A DNA stretch of 64,000 nt from the human T2T-CHM13v2.0 reference genome, Homo sapiens. Of this stretch, positions 13,348 to 27,363 are shown piece by piece. The notes under the pieces are model-generated. The model was given only the letters and a program-made list of their open reading frames with translations, did no database searches and had not been told where the DNA came from. The stretch's first letter is position 1. Each line of letters starts with the position of its first letter. Both the position numbers and the translations under genes were made by a program. The stretch lies in assembly GCF_009914755.1 (NCBI RefSeq), contig NC_060925.1. One strand, 5' to 3'.

Positions 13348-14610
13348 TGGTTGTTCCAGTTAACACAAAATTGAATTCAGGTAGTTTGACTCTAGATCCT
13401 GCTCTCTCGCCACTATATTCTGCTGCTTCTTTGCTCCATGTATTTTTCTCAGAAAAGTCTCACAGATCCAGCTCTTTCTCTGGCTACAGTTACACAAGGT
13501 TACATACCCGGGCTCCAAAAGCAGATGGATTTGCATTGGAACCCTGGGGCCCCTGCCTGCTGTGTGACTTTGAACAAGGCTCCTAACCTTCTCTGCCTTT
13601 GATTCCTCATTGGTAAATAGGTACATACTAGCAACATCACAGGTTGGTTATGAAATCACATCACAGGTTTTAAATGAAATAATATAAAGAAAAATGGAAT
13701 GAATAAAAGCTTAGCTAACCTATGTAAAGCTCTATATACTTAATTGCTGTTTTTATTATTCTATGCCAGTATAAGCCCTCAAATGTTTCCACTGTGTTTC
13801 AAAAGATTTCTAACTGGTCTCCCTAACATAAGAACCGATAAATTCATTGTCTTGATTGTCAGAATTACATTTTAAAAAGCTAAATCTGATCATGTCACTT
13901 CCCTGCCACAAAACCTCTAATGTTCCTATTCTCTATTTGACTGCCTTTTATGCCATACTGAAGTATTGACTTAAAATGGAATCAACTTCTTTAAACTGGA
14001 ATGACATCTTCTGCCTTTCTCGTTTATTTCCTGCTACTCTCCCAAAAGAAGTATAGTCTTCATAAACACCAAACTTATTCTTCCATAGACCTACCAGTCC
14101 CTTTGAGGCCTTTGGGCCTCTCTGTTTCCTGTTTCAGTACTTGCCCCATTTCGTCTAGAAAACTCCTACTTGTCCTTAAGACCTAGCTCCTCATAATGGC
14201 TTCCTCTAAGTCAAAATTGAACGCTTGTCTGTGCTACAAAGAGTACTTTATTCATGGCATTTATGACATGGAATTTACAATTACTGAGTTGCAATGACTT
14301 TCCCCAGGGAAAAGTCCATTTCTGAATAAAAATCAATCAAATTCGGTGTGTGGTACACCGGTGTACAGTGTCTGGTACATTATAGACATTCAATAAATAC
14401 TGCTAAATGAATAATGTGTATTGTTTATAGTTTACAAGGTCTTTTCACATACTTAACTTATTTTCATCATATTATCATATCACATAAGCATAAGAGTTTG
14501 GATACAAGAAGCTGTTGTTATTACTATTATTATTAAACTGAGACTTAGTAAACATTTCTAGCATTTTCCCCACCTGCAGAACTTTAAAAATACACAAAAA
14601 TTACCAATAT

Positions 14611-15212
14611 GGGACAGTAAACTAGTTCAACCATTGTGGAAGTCAGTGTGGTGATTCCTCAGGGATCTAGAACTAGAAATACCATTTGACCCAGCTATCC
14701 CATTACTGGGTATATACCCAAAGGATTATAAATCATGCACATGTATGTTATTGCGGCACTATTCACAATAGCAAAGACTTGGAACCAACCCAAATGTCCA
14801 ACAATGATAGACTGCATTAAGAAAATGTGGCACATATACACCATGGAATACTATGCAGCCATAAAAAATGATGAGTTCATGTCCTTTGTAGGGACATGGA
14901 GGAAGCTAGAAACCATCATTCTCAGCAAACTATTGCAAGGACAAAAAACCAAACACCACATGTTCTCACTCATAGGTGGGAATTGAACAATGAGAACACA
15001 TAGACACAGGGTGGGGAACATTACATACTGGGGCCTGTTGTGGAGTGGGGGGAGAGGGAGGGATAACATTAAGAGATATACCTAATGTAAATGATGAGTT
15101 AATGGGTGCAGCACACCAACATGGCACATGTATACTTATGTAACCAACCTGCATGTTGTGCACATGTACCCTAAAACTTAAAGAATAATAAAAAAAAAAA
15201 TAAATAAATAAA
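14611..15212 (+). mobile_element. 5'-truncated L1PA (about L1PA4) 3' end
   Basis: ORF2 C-terminus ([16 protein letters not shown]...), 3'UTR, A-rich tail; TSD aaaaattaccaatat / aaaaattacc(acc)aatat. Confidence 0.93.
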
Positions 15213-15618
15213 CTTTAAAAAATTACCACCAATATTTAAAAAAATAAAGGCTAAAGCTAGCATAGGGCTCATATTTTAATAACATGGTCATTATATAGAT
15301 CATGATAATTACCTGTGGGTATTGGTAAATACATTGCTGCTTGATAATTGTACTTCACTTCAAGTTCAGATTAGAGTGTTCCTTTAGTATGCCATGGAAG
15401 CAGCTATTTAAAGAGTCAGGCTAAACCTGGCATGAGAGGAACTCTTTGGAATTACAGTAGCATTCCAAAGTCTTTGCAGTTTCCATCCAGTTCTTTTATG
15501 TGGCAATAACAATTAATTCAGTTTAAAATTATTTTTAACCAGTAGATTCTGCCATTTCCCTTAATTCCTTGAAAACAGTTGAGCAAATGTAAAACATACT
15601 TGATTTGAAATCTAGGGC

Positions 15619-15870
15619 AGTGTTTTTCGAAATGTGAGTAAGGACTCATTAGTGATATGCAAAATCGACTGTGTAATTCAAGCAATTTTAAAATGGAATG
15701 GAATAGAATAGGAAATACTAGAATGTGCTACATGATGAAGGAGCGTGATGTTTTGTGAAATCTTCATTTCGATTGTGTGTGTGTTTACTAAATTGTGATA
15801 TAAAATATATTTCCCACTGTGGCATATATTTCCCACTAGATTGGGTCAAAAAAGTTTGAAAGCCACTACC
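15619..15870. mobile_element. Probable hAT/Charlie-type MITE
   Basis: cagtgtttttcgaaa ... tttgaaagccacta degenerate TIRs. Confidence 0.45.
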
Positions 15871-15989
15871 CTATACGACGTAGCAATATTGCACAAGGAG
15901 TGGGATCAATTCAAAGTAGCCACTTAATAAAATTGGCTTAATAATTTGATAACATTGTAATCATGTCCCCATTGGGGCCAAAACTGGAA

Positions 15990-16553
<564 letters not shown>

Positions 16554-17289
16554 TTATAATCATTGCATAATTTTCTCTCAGTGAGACTTAGCCCCTATTG
16601 TACAGGAGCATTATTTTACTATTTCTGTCTTCTTATTGCCTTTATATATTATCTAGCACATAAGGGACATTTAATAAATGTTTGCCAAGGAGGTGGTACT
16701 CATTTGGATAAATACATGTTCTGAAACATAATGAATGACTCAAGGTTACAGCCTATGCTAAGGCTATTCATGCTTCTTCACTTCAAAGAATGTACTTTTC
16801 AAAGTCTCTCAGCTCTACAAAATAGGGCCTTATTGGAGTTTAAAATGTATACCTTTTAAAATCAAAGGAATACAATTTAAAAGCAAAATGATACATTAAT
16901 ACTAGAATATCATGGATGCAAGCAGAGAAATAAGTGCTCTTATACAATGCTTGTGATAGGGAAAACTGAGGTAAGTTTGTAAATACATACAAAAAATCCT
17001 TAAATATGCTTACTCTAGATGCAGAAATTTTGCTTCTAGTTCTTCACTCTGTGGAAAAGTAATGATCTTCAAATATGTATAGAGGGTTAAACTCAGTGCT
17101 GTTTACAATAGATAAAAATAATAGGAAATACTAATGCTAGGAAATAAGTGAATTTTCTAATTCAACAGAATAATATGCAGCCATAAAAACCATGGTATTC
17201 AAATACATTGGCATAGAAAGGGATTCAGCAGACATACTGTAAAAAGCAGAAAACAGAGCTGTAAACTACAGAATATCATTCAAAAACAT

Positions 17290-17720
17290 TTTTATGCAGT
17301 AATAGTCACGTAATAAAATTAATATTTTAAAAGTGAATAGTTCAGTGACTATTTAGTACATTCATATTATTGGGCTACTGCCCCCTCTGTCTAGTTCCAA
17401 AACTAGATTTTCATCATTCCATAAGGATGTTTGCACCCATTACCTTCTCCTCCAGCCCTTGGTAAACACCAATCTGTGTTCCGCTCTATGAATCTACCTA
17501 TTCTGATATTTTATACGCATGGAATCATACAATATATGACCTTTTGTCTCTGGCTTCTTTCATTTAATGCTTTGGAGGTTCGTCCACCTTGTAGGGGTCC
17601 TTAATTCCTTTTTATGGCTAAAAATATTTCTTAGCATATATATATCCCACGCTTTGCCTATCTGTTCATCAATAAATGGACATTTGGGTTGTTTCTATCC
17701 TTTGGTTACCAGGAATAGTG
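17290..17720 (-). mobile_element. Old L1 (L1MB-like) 3' end
   Basis: ggaatcatacaatatatgaccttttgtctctggcttctttcatttaa; ggacatttgggttgtttc. Confidence 0.7.
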
Positions 17721-18050
17721 GTGGTATAGAAGGGTGTATTGCCGAATATCATTTTAATGATACAAGTATTAGCAGCCATTATTTTTGGGTGGACGGATTA
17801 CGGGTGAATTATTTTATGTTATTCAGAACACTGGGCTTTGGAATCAATCAGAACAGATCCCATTTCCTCACGTGTAAAGTGAGGAAAACAAAACCTACGT
17901 AATTGAATGATCATGAAGAGTAAATAAATATGTATATGTAAAGCATTTAGAAATGCGTGGTTGGGGGGAGCACATGGTAAGGACTGAATTTGTAGTATTT
18001 TTAAAAAATCTTTAAAACATTTTGTTTTTCTTTTAATTAGTGTTAAAGTC

Positions 18051-18076
18051 TTTTTTTTTTTTTTTTTTTTTTTTTT
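18051..18076. repeat. T26 homopolymer
   Basis: Direct read. Confidence 0.95.
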
Positions 18077-19178
18077 GCTAGTGTACTTGCATGCTACACA
18101 ATTAAGATGCATGGTCCCCTTCGCTGATGGTCACCTGGGCTAGTGCCAAAGGCTGCTGGATTGTTTGATCTGATGACATCCGTTTGACTAAGTATAGTTC
18201 TACACTGTAACTCTCCCTCCAAGTTTCAATTAAAATAATGTTCCAAGCAGCGTATTCTCCAGCCCCTCTGCCACAGCTCCTTTTCCATTCTAGTCTTTGT
18301 TTCAGCATCACTTTCCATGTTGCAGACCCAACTACCCAGGTTTTACATTTTAGGAACTGCATGACAGGGACAGAGGGACAGGTGAAGGGCACAGGCTTTC
18401 TCATACACAGCTAGCAAAATACATTACGATCAGGTTTTACCAAATACATAACATTTCTCCCACAATGTCCCTCTTTTTACTCCCCAGAAAATCTCATTGT
18501 AAACTCAAACTTTGCCAAATATGCTCTTCTTGAACCAACAGAAGGGTTACCATCGGGAGCCAGCCGGGCTGCAGGAGGCGCCCTCCTGCCACCCCTCCAG
18601 CCCCATCTCGGGTGTGGGAAGACCGAGTTCGCGCCCGCAGCCCCCGGGCCGCCCCAGCGCGGGAGTTTCGAGGGGAGCCGGGGGAGAGCTGCGGCGTCAC
18701 ATGGGGGGCCAGCCGGGGACAGGCGCCTGGGGCTGAGTCTCCCGGCGAAGCCACCGCGAAGGGGCCGCATCCCCCAGAGAACGACCCTGGGCGTTCGCGA
18801 AGGCCTCGCAGAGAGGGGGAGCCCGCCTGCGCGTCCGCGCCCTCACAGGTGTCCGGGTGGCGGCGCCCGGCCCCGCCTGCGGACCCGCGAGAGGCGGGCG
18901 CGGGCGCGCCTGTGCGCCGGGGCCGGGGGCCGGCGGGGGAGGTTCCCGCGAGGTGGTTCTCGGGCTCCTCCTCGGCGCCTCAGGTTTCCTCTCCCCGCCA
19001 GCAGGCTGCTGGCTGCGGCGCCGCCTCTCTCTACTCCCTCCTCCCACCGCCCCCCTTCCCCGCGGTTGGGCCCACTCTGCGGCCTCTGCCCGCCTCGCCC
19101 TCGCCCGGGCCTCCTCCCGCTTTCTCTCTCCGCTTCCCCTGGAGCCTCCGAGGAGTCCGCAGCCGCTGGGCGCCCGGG

Positions 19179-19189
19179 AAGATGGCGGC
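19179..19189 (+). promoter_or_regulatory. YY1 consensus overlapping start codon
   Basis: AAGATGGCGGC exact match to the YY1 motif; binding not shown. Confidence 0.55.
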
Positions 19190-19430
19190 GGCGGCGGGAG
19201 ACGGCGGCGGCGAGGGGGGCGCGGGCCTGGGCAGCGCGGCGGGGCTGGGGCCGGGGCCGGGGCTGCGCGGGCAGGGCCCCTCAGCCGAAGCGCACGAGGG
19301 CGCCCCGGACCCGATGCCCGCCGCGCTGCACCCTGAGGAGGTCGCCGCGCGACTGCAGCGGATGCAGCGGGAGCTGAGCAACCGCAGGAAAATCCTGGTG
19401 AAAAACCTGCCCCAGGACAGCAACTGCCAG
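19182..19430 (+). CDS. RAVER2: RAVER2 coding exon 1 (codons 1-83; Gly/Ala-rich N-terminus and start of RRM1)
   Basis: ATG at 19182 in strong context (AAGATGG); reads MAAAAGDGGGEGG...RRKILVKNLPQDSNCQ with RNP2-like ILVKNL; donor CAG|GTACTG at 19430/19431; 249 nt, phase 0. Matches my recollection of human RAVER2. Confidence 0.96.
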
Positions 19431-21523
19431 GTACTGGGACGGTGATAGGGGCGACGCGTCCCGAGGGGCGGCGGGGCGGCGCTCCGTGTCCAGGCTGGGA
19501 TCGGGGGCGCCTCAGAGCGGTCCTGGGGAGTGGGTCGGCGCCGAGTGGTGAGAGCGGCCCCTCGGTTTGACTGAGTTCTTGGGGTTTCTAGCCTGCAGAC
19601 GCCCTGCCAGGGAGGGGGGCAGATTGGGAAACTGAGGCTCTGAGTGGCGAAGCGGCTTCTCCAAGGTCACGGGAATCAGGGGCTGCTGCCTCCAAGTTCG
19701 GCCCGGTCTTTCCTTCCCCTACGGCCGTAGAGGAGTAGGAGGTGAAGGAGAGTGGAGGTGAGTTGTGGAGCACACATTTTGCGGGGGGGAGCGGGGGTAG
19801 AGGGGGCCGAAGCTTCGGGAGCACCTTGGCAGGGGCGAGGGCTCCAACGTATAGTCCCCGGTGCTCGGGAGTGCCATAGGGGGCAGGGGCACGAGAGAGC
19901 TGGGAGTGAGTTTCGCTGTTGTTGCAGAAGCACTTGCCCAAGTTTCTATGAAACAACTCTGTCTTCTCAGTTTGCTAAGGCCCCAGAATAGAGTTATTGC
20001 TGCGCTCCTTGGAGCCTTGCAGCCGCCTCCTGCTACGCCAAGTACAGTACTGGAGGGTTTGTTCTCAGTGACTTGGATGAGGTTTAAAGATAGCTACTCT
20101 GTGTATTTAATCCAGATTAACTGTTGCTTTTAAGATTAGAAACTCTGCATCTATTTAACTTTTTTTTTTCCCTGATTTCAAAAGCTGCATGCTCATTGTA
20201 GGAGAGCTAGGAAAGACAGAGAAGCACAAAGGGGACACAGAAATTACCCATATTTCTGATACCTGAAGATAACCATTGTTATCCTGGGATGTTGTTCTTT
20301 TCTCTTTTCCTATGCATATATATTTTTGTTTTATCAAAAGCTTGAAATCATTTCTTTGATTCTTCAGGATTTCTTAGCTGTCTGGATGTTCACACATGTT
20401 TCACATATAACCTGAATTTATATACTGCTCCGAGTGTGGTGGGCTGTCCTGGTAGTTGCGGATTTGTAGTTCCTCCTGTAACCGGATGCATGAAATTGCA
20501 AGAGGGCTGGCTATTGACAATTGCATGGCAGTTCTTCCATGTGACTTATAAAATAATGAGACCAATGCCCCATTACTATGTAATGAGACCTTACATAGCC
20601 ATTCACAATAAATATGAACATATAACCTTATAACCCGTAGGCATGGGGGGCTATTTTGTTTCAAAATGCAGTGTCTGTCAGTATTGTTTATCTCATCTGT
20701 CTTTCAACTCTTTCCATTCCGCCATGGTCCACTTCCCATCTGTCAGGTAATGTTTTGTGATACTACCTGTTAAGGACACCTGCAATGGACTGATTTCTTG
20801 GAAGCAGCCTCCCCTGCCCATACAAATAGAGGACTGTAAGGGAGCTCAGGAAGGAGGAGGCTTGGAAGAAGCAGATGGCATTTTTAAAAAAAACAAATTT
20901 AAAAAATAGCAGCTCTTTGTATAGACAGTCTAGGAGGAGAGAAATAGAGAAGTATCTCAATGTCTTTGTAGAATGTCAGCTGTTTTTGTTATCACAATTC
21001 CTTGCATTAATTCTAAATATATTTAGACCCCAAATTGAAGACGTTCTGTCTATTCTTGCTTTGCTGTTGGTATCTTTCTCATTTCCCTTCGCAATAGACA
21101 TGAAAAATATATCAAAGGGTCTAATAAAAGGAGCAGTTTTAATTAGTGATAGAAGCTTTCTCAGAATTACACTGGGATTTGTATTTTTGAGATTTCATCT
21201 ACTTAAACTAATATTTTCATATGTTCTGCATGAATTTTTTTGTATTTTTTGTTTTAACAATTTCCCTTAATTATAATGTCTGCTTTTTCTTAGTGACTAT
21301 ATTTTACTGTCAACTTACTGATGAAAGTTTCACTTTATTTTATTTTGTGTCTTTTTGCTAGTAAGGCCTACATAAAATCACCTGTGCTAAAACTACATAT
21401 TTACCCTTATGAAATGGTTAATATGGCTTTTGTTCAATTATTAAGTAATCAGATATTTTTGAAATACTAAGTTCTTGTTCTTTTCCAGAAGAGACTGTGT
21501 TTATTCATTCATTTCTTTCTTTC

Positions 21524-21823
21524 TTTTTTTTTTTTTCTGAGACAGAGTCTCGCTCTGTCATCCAGGCTGGAGTGCAGTGGCGCGACCTCAGCTCACTGCA
21601 ACCTCTGCCTCCCAGGTCCAAGTGATTCTCCCTGCCTCAGCCTCCCAAGTAGCTGGGATTACATAAGCCTGCCACCATGCCTGGCTAATTTTTGTATTTT
21701 TTAGTAGAGATGTGGTTTTGCCATGTTGACCAGGCCGGTCTTGAACTCCTGACCTCAGGTGATCCCACACGCCTCGGCCTCCCAAAGTGCTGAGATTACA
21801 GGTGTGAGCCACTGTGCCTGGCC
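21524..21823 (-). mobile_element. AluS-like
   Basis: Full antisense dimer; TSD tcatttcttt. Confidence 0.93.
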
Positions 21824-22840
21824 TCATTTCTTTATTTTAGAATATCACTTTAAGGATCAAAGACATTCATAACTCTAGTTCTCAAACTGTGTATTTATGT
21901 CTCTAGAAAATACTGATCAATAACTTACTAGTAGAAACCCAATAATTTTTTCTTAACATTTGAAATATATGAGTGTTTTCTTTATTAAATGTAGTTTTCA
22001 TAAATCTCAAATTTTGTTTTATTTTTGGTATAGCAGATTTATAATAGCATCCCACAACTTTATAGTTCCTATAATTAAAAGGCATACTGAAAGTATTTTT
22101 AACTGGAAGCTTTTAGAGGTATGTTTATCAAATACCTTATAGAAGTACCGGCTCTAAAAAAAAGTGAACACCTTTATATTAAGTTCTCAAAAGCTTTCTC
22201 ACTGAATAATTACTGTGCATTCAGTCAAGCCCTGTCTGGTCTGCCTAAGCTTTCTGGAATCTTCCTGGCCCTCTTTGTTTTCACAGCCTCAGCTCTGGTT
22301 CAAGTCCTTTTCGTCTCTTGTTCACTGTTAACAACTTTTCGGTTTGTCACCTACCTTCATTACTGTCCTGTTTCTTACATTTTAGCTCCTTCTGCATGCT
22401 ACTTCCCTTGAGGGATACTCCTGAAGCACAAATCTGATCATGTCACTCTCCTGCTCATAAAAAACCAGCCTTTGGCTGCACGTCCTCTCAAACTTTTCCT
22501 CAAATTGTCCTTAACAGTAAAGAACAGTGAATCTGAATTAGACTGTTGCAAGACTGAAATTGCTTTGAAGTTTTGTGTTCTGTCTGAGAATTTTATATTA
22601 ATTTTATATTCTATTAGTAACATTGGATTTAACACAAAAATAGCATTTAACTCCCAATTTTTTTTCATAAACTTGACACTTATGGAAAATGTACTATATT
22701 TGACTTTTGATTCTCTGTATTTCTGTATTACCATGGAGTACACAGATATGAGTTTGAAAAGCATGAAATGATAGGACAGCAGTCTAAGATTCTTAGGCTT
22801 TTTGTGTGTTGGCCCCTGCCTACGTTTCCAGTCTCATTCC

Positions 22841-23147
22841 TTTTTAGTTTTTATTTATTGTTTTGAGACAGGGACTTGCTCTGTCACCTGGACTGGAGTG
22901 CGGTGGAACGATCACTGCTCACTGCAGCCTTGACCTTCCAGGCTGAAGCGATTCTCTCACCCTCTAAAGTAGCTGGGACTACAGGCATAAGCCACCATGC
23001 CAGGCTAATTTTTTTTTTTTTAATTTTTTGTAGAGACATCGTATCTCTATGTTGCCTAGGCTGGTCTTGACCTCCTGGACTCAAGCAATCCTCCTGCATT
23101 TGCCTCCCAAAGTGCTGGGACCACAGTGTGAGCCACTGCACCCAGCC
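22841..23147 (-). mobile_element. AluJ-like
   Basis: Antisense dimer; TSD cagtctcatt. Confidence 0.9.
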
Positions 23148-23168
23148 ATCAGTCTCATTTCTGATTAG

Positions 23169-23559
<391 letters not shown>

Positions 23560-24294
23560 TAGATCCCCAAGTACCTCATGCCACTGTGAATTGAATATTT
23601 ATAGTTATATCTTTGTTTTGGAATGTATTTATAGTGAGTACTTTATAGTGAATAATATTTATAATTATTTTTAATGAATAATTTATAGTCAATAGTAATG
23701 TTGCAAATGCTGGTTCCTATTCATAGCCATTGTATATGTGTGTGTCTGGTCTTTTGCAACTGAATTTAGAATTTTGATTGGTTGAGGTAATGTTTTAATA
23801 TTTTTTCTAATATATGTGTTATTGTATTTCTATAAATTGTATTACGGTTAACCTGGTTCTGTTTCAATATTGTTGTCATTGGGGTTTCAAAATGGAGAAA
23901 ACAGGGGCATTTGCTTCTTAGATTATTTGTGTTCACTTAGGTTTTTTTTCTTACAGGTCTTATGTGTGTGCATGTGTTTTGTTTTTGTCATCTTGTTTAC
24001 CCTAAAATCTTGAAGAGAGTCTCTTGTGAAATTAGAAGACAATGTGAAGTGCTTAGGGCCAACATTCAGGATCAGTAATAGAGGAAACAAAACATTCTAT
24101 TGTCACTTTGGATATTATAAACTTACATTTCAAAGTACTCTAATATGATAGTTAATTTGAGAAGCTTGATGGTTTATTTACAGAGACCCATTTGAAACCA
24201 TAATATTACCAAGTAAGCACTTTTTAGAATCACAAACAACCAAATGTAAGAAACTCTAGTTAATCTTTTTTCGTAATTAAATTTTTTTCTGCTC

Positions 24295-24537
24295 TTTCTC
24301 TTTTCTTTTTCTTTTCTTTTTTTTTTTTTTAAAGAGACAGAGCAAGATTTCTCTGTCTCCCAGGCTGGAGTGCAGTGGTGTGATCATAGCTTACTGCAGC
24401 CTTAACTCCTGGGCTCAAGTGATCTTTCCATCTCAGCCATCTGAGAAGTTGGGACCATAGGCATGCACCACTGTGTCCAGCTAATATTTTTTAATTTTTT
24501 GTAGAGACACGGTCTCTCTATGTTGCCCAGGCTGGTC
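24295..24537 (-). mobile_element. AluJ-like, 5'-truncated
   Basis: Poly(T), right arm and part of left arm. Confidence 0.87.
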
Positions 24538-25597
24538 ATAATCTTATTTATAAAAGCTACGTATTCCTGTTTATACATCAGTATAAAAAAGAATTATCTT
24601 ACATATTTTATGTCCTTTAACTGTGGGATTTAAAAATGTACTTTGTTTTCTCTAACAATATATTTGGTAATTATTGCCTCTTTTTAAAATAGGGCTATTA
24701 TTCTCTACTTTTTTCCTGACAATATTGGGGTGTTTTCTCTTTTTGAAATTATCCTTTCTTTAAAATCAAAATGCCATTGCTTACCTCCAAAAGTTACTTT
24801 TCTTAGTGTATGCTGTGCAAAAATTATCTATTAAATTTTCTTTTCTAATGCAATTAAACAGAATTGAATTATGGGTTCTACTTCTTTTTCATGTGTTTTG
24901 TTATCCTATTCTCAATGTAACAAGAACACTGAAAGCTGCTAGGGAAATGTACTTCTAGATTTCTGGGACACCACTGTCTCCTTAAGTTTCTAGTTTTGGA
25001 AGAAATTCTTGAAAAGTGTTTGAGAAATGCAGTTCTCTGCTATGAAAACACATTCAAGAAGAGGAGGAATACTTTGTGGTTAGCATCAAAATGCTGTGTT
25101 AACAGCCATTCCAAAGAAATCTCATGTAATCTATAGCCCATTTCCCAGTTAATGACTGGGTTATGCTTAGAAATTCTTTTTTGAACTTGTGACATGTTTT
25201 CACATAGAAAGAATATAGTAGATGGTATTTAGTTTTCAGGTTAGCATTTTAGCCTCTATTTAAGTTATGATTGTTTATTAAGTGTAAGATTACACTAAGT
25301 AGTACGACAACATCTAACAAAGCTCCAGCTTTGTGCAGGAGCAGAAACTCTCCCAGCTTCAAATCATCAGTAGGTACTCCTGCATCTTATGGCAAAAGCT
25401 CAGGAAGAAGGGAATTTAAGGAAATTGCTCCTTGAATTAACAAGACTCAGATCAGGGAAGCATTAAATGAAGTCAACTCTGATCAAAGGCTGTTACTGCA
25501 AAAGGGGTTCCTATTACTAACTACCTGAGTTTTGTCTCTTGATTCTTCTATTTGCACTTATTCTTCTTTCCTTATGGACAAAAAGTTTTTGTTTTTC

Positions 25598-25734
25598 ATT
25601 TTTAGATACGGGATGTTGCTATGTTGCCCAGGCTGGAGTGCAGTGGCTATTCACACATTCACAGGCATAATCATAGTGCACTGCACTGTGGCCTCAAGCT
25701 CCTGGCCTCAGATCCTGTGCTACCAAGCCCAGCC
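25598..25734 (-). mobile_element. FAM-like fossil Alu monomer
   Basis: Retains the 7SL-type segment gagtgcagtggctattcac..aggc that dimeric Alus lack. Confidence 0.75.
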
Positions 25735-26084
25735 TTGATTTTTTTAAAATCTTTACTTTATTTTGTAAATTTATTTTTAATTTTTAATTTAATTTTTTTA
25801 AAAAAAGCTTTATGCTTAACTTTCCTCGCTCAGCTAAAACAGGCAAACCAAGGAATATTAAAATGTAAATAAAATTATTTATATATTTTTAAATCCTAAA
25901 ATTGCTTATCATGTGTCTCGGCTGTTTGTATTTTGTTTGCCTAATTACACAATTGCCTGACTCTAAGGAGATAGTATGAACTGAGAGGGGTAATAAGTGA
26001 GAAGTCGGAAGATCAGATCACCTAGAACATTTGGCTATACAGTACTGTATATTTTTTGGCTGATGATTATGGGCAGGATAGCCC

Positions 26085-26545
26085 TTGGTGGTTGTGCTGA
26101 ATAGCTTCCATTTGCTCTTCCAGATCTATTCTCGACCCTTCTCACCCACTCCTTATCCAGGGAGGCTAACCTGTACTGTGGATTGCACCAACAAGGCTCT
26201 CTCTTATCCTCTGTTTTATGGTTGCACTTGGCCAGAGCCACTAGTGGGGGATCAGAGGGTTGAGGAGAGGAGCATTTATTCACCCAGCATTTATTCACAG
26301 GTGACTGTGGGTTGGCTGCTTCCTCTTTAAAAGTCGGTTTCTATCCAGTGGCTCCCTCCATACCACCCAGCTCTCCTGGTTATCATAACCATTCTTCTTG
26401 TCTCTTTGGGTCCAGGAGGAGTACAGGAATGTTGCTAGCCTAGGATTTCTTCAAATCTTTGTAGATAGTCTCTTTTAAAAGTTCTCCCCAGTTAGTTTCT
26501 GAGTGTGCCTTCTGTTACTTGCTGGGGCCCTGATTCTGTTGCCTA
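26085..26545. mobile_element. Old ERVL LTR (LTR33-like)
   Basis: gggaggctaacctgtactgtggattgcaccaac...gatcagagggttgaggagag recalled motif; boundaries approximate. Confidence 0.45.
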
Positions 26546-26559
26546 CTCAGTTGCCTTTC

Positions 26560-27104
26560 TTCCTCTTGCCTGTCCTAATTACACCCAGATTTCCCCTTGA
26601 AGACCTACCTCTTTTTTAGCAACTGTATGATTTGGGTGGATTTCATCTCTATCCCCATCTGTAGGGGTGACATAAACCAAAGAACACAGTTCTTCCCTTT
26701 TTCGAGAGGGATTGGTTAAAGACGGGCAATAACCTGGACCAAAGCCCATCAATACATGATAGCCCCTTGGTCATAGTGATTATTTCAGCCTGGCTTAGCA
26801 GACAAACTTAGGACTTGTGTTTGGTTGTTAAAGTAAGTGAATCTCTTTCTCTCTGCTGGATATGAATGCAGAGACATATGGCTCTGGCTGCAGCTGACAG
26901 TCATTAAGGGAGCAGACATGCAAAGGAGGACTGACCTTGGAGGGGAAATGTAGAGAAGCTGAGCTGGAGCCCTGATCGAACTATATCTGAAGCTTAACCT
27001 GCCTCTGGACTTCATATATATGCAAGCCACTAAATCCCTTTTATTGTTTCACTTATTTCAAGTTGGATCTTTTGTTACTACCAACCAATAGTATCCCAGA
27101 TTAA
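26560..27104 (+). mobile_element. Old MaLR LTR (MLT1K/L-like)
   Basis: cctctggacttc...gccactaaatcccttttattg...ttttgttactaccaacc 3' end pattern. Confidence 0.5.

Positions 27105-27363
<259 letters not shown>

Larger units (their letters stand above)
18550..19870. promoter_or_regulatory. CpG island / TATA-less promoter of RAVER2
   Basis: Abrupt switch to very high GC and dense CpG against an AT-rich, CpG-poor background; GC boxes (CCCCGCC ~18871, GGCGGG ~18893), GTCACATG E-box at 18696-18703; spans exon 1. Confidence 0.92.

Noticed and set aside
15805-15837. 14-bp direct repeat atatatttcccact
   Set aside because: Ordinary slippage duplication inside an old DNA-transposon remnant.
18477-20133. 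Many overlapping Pro/Gly/Ala/Arg-rich ORFs on both strands
   Set aside because: Expected from stop-codon scarcity in a CpG island; only the frame from ATG 19182 splices into RRM exons.
20576-20598. 8-bp hairpin ctatgtaa/ttacatag
   Set aside because: Too short to distinguish from chance; no snoRNA or miRNA features.
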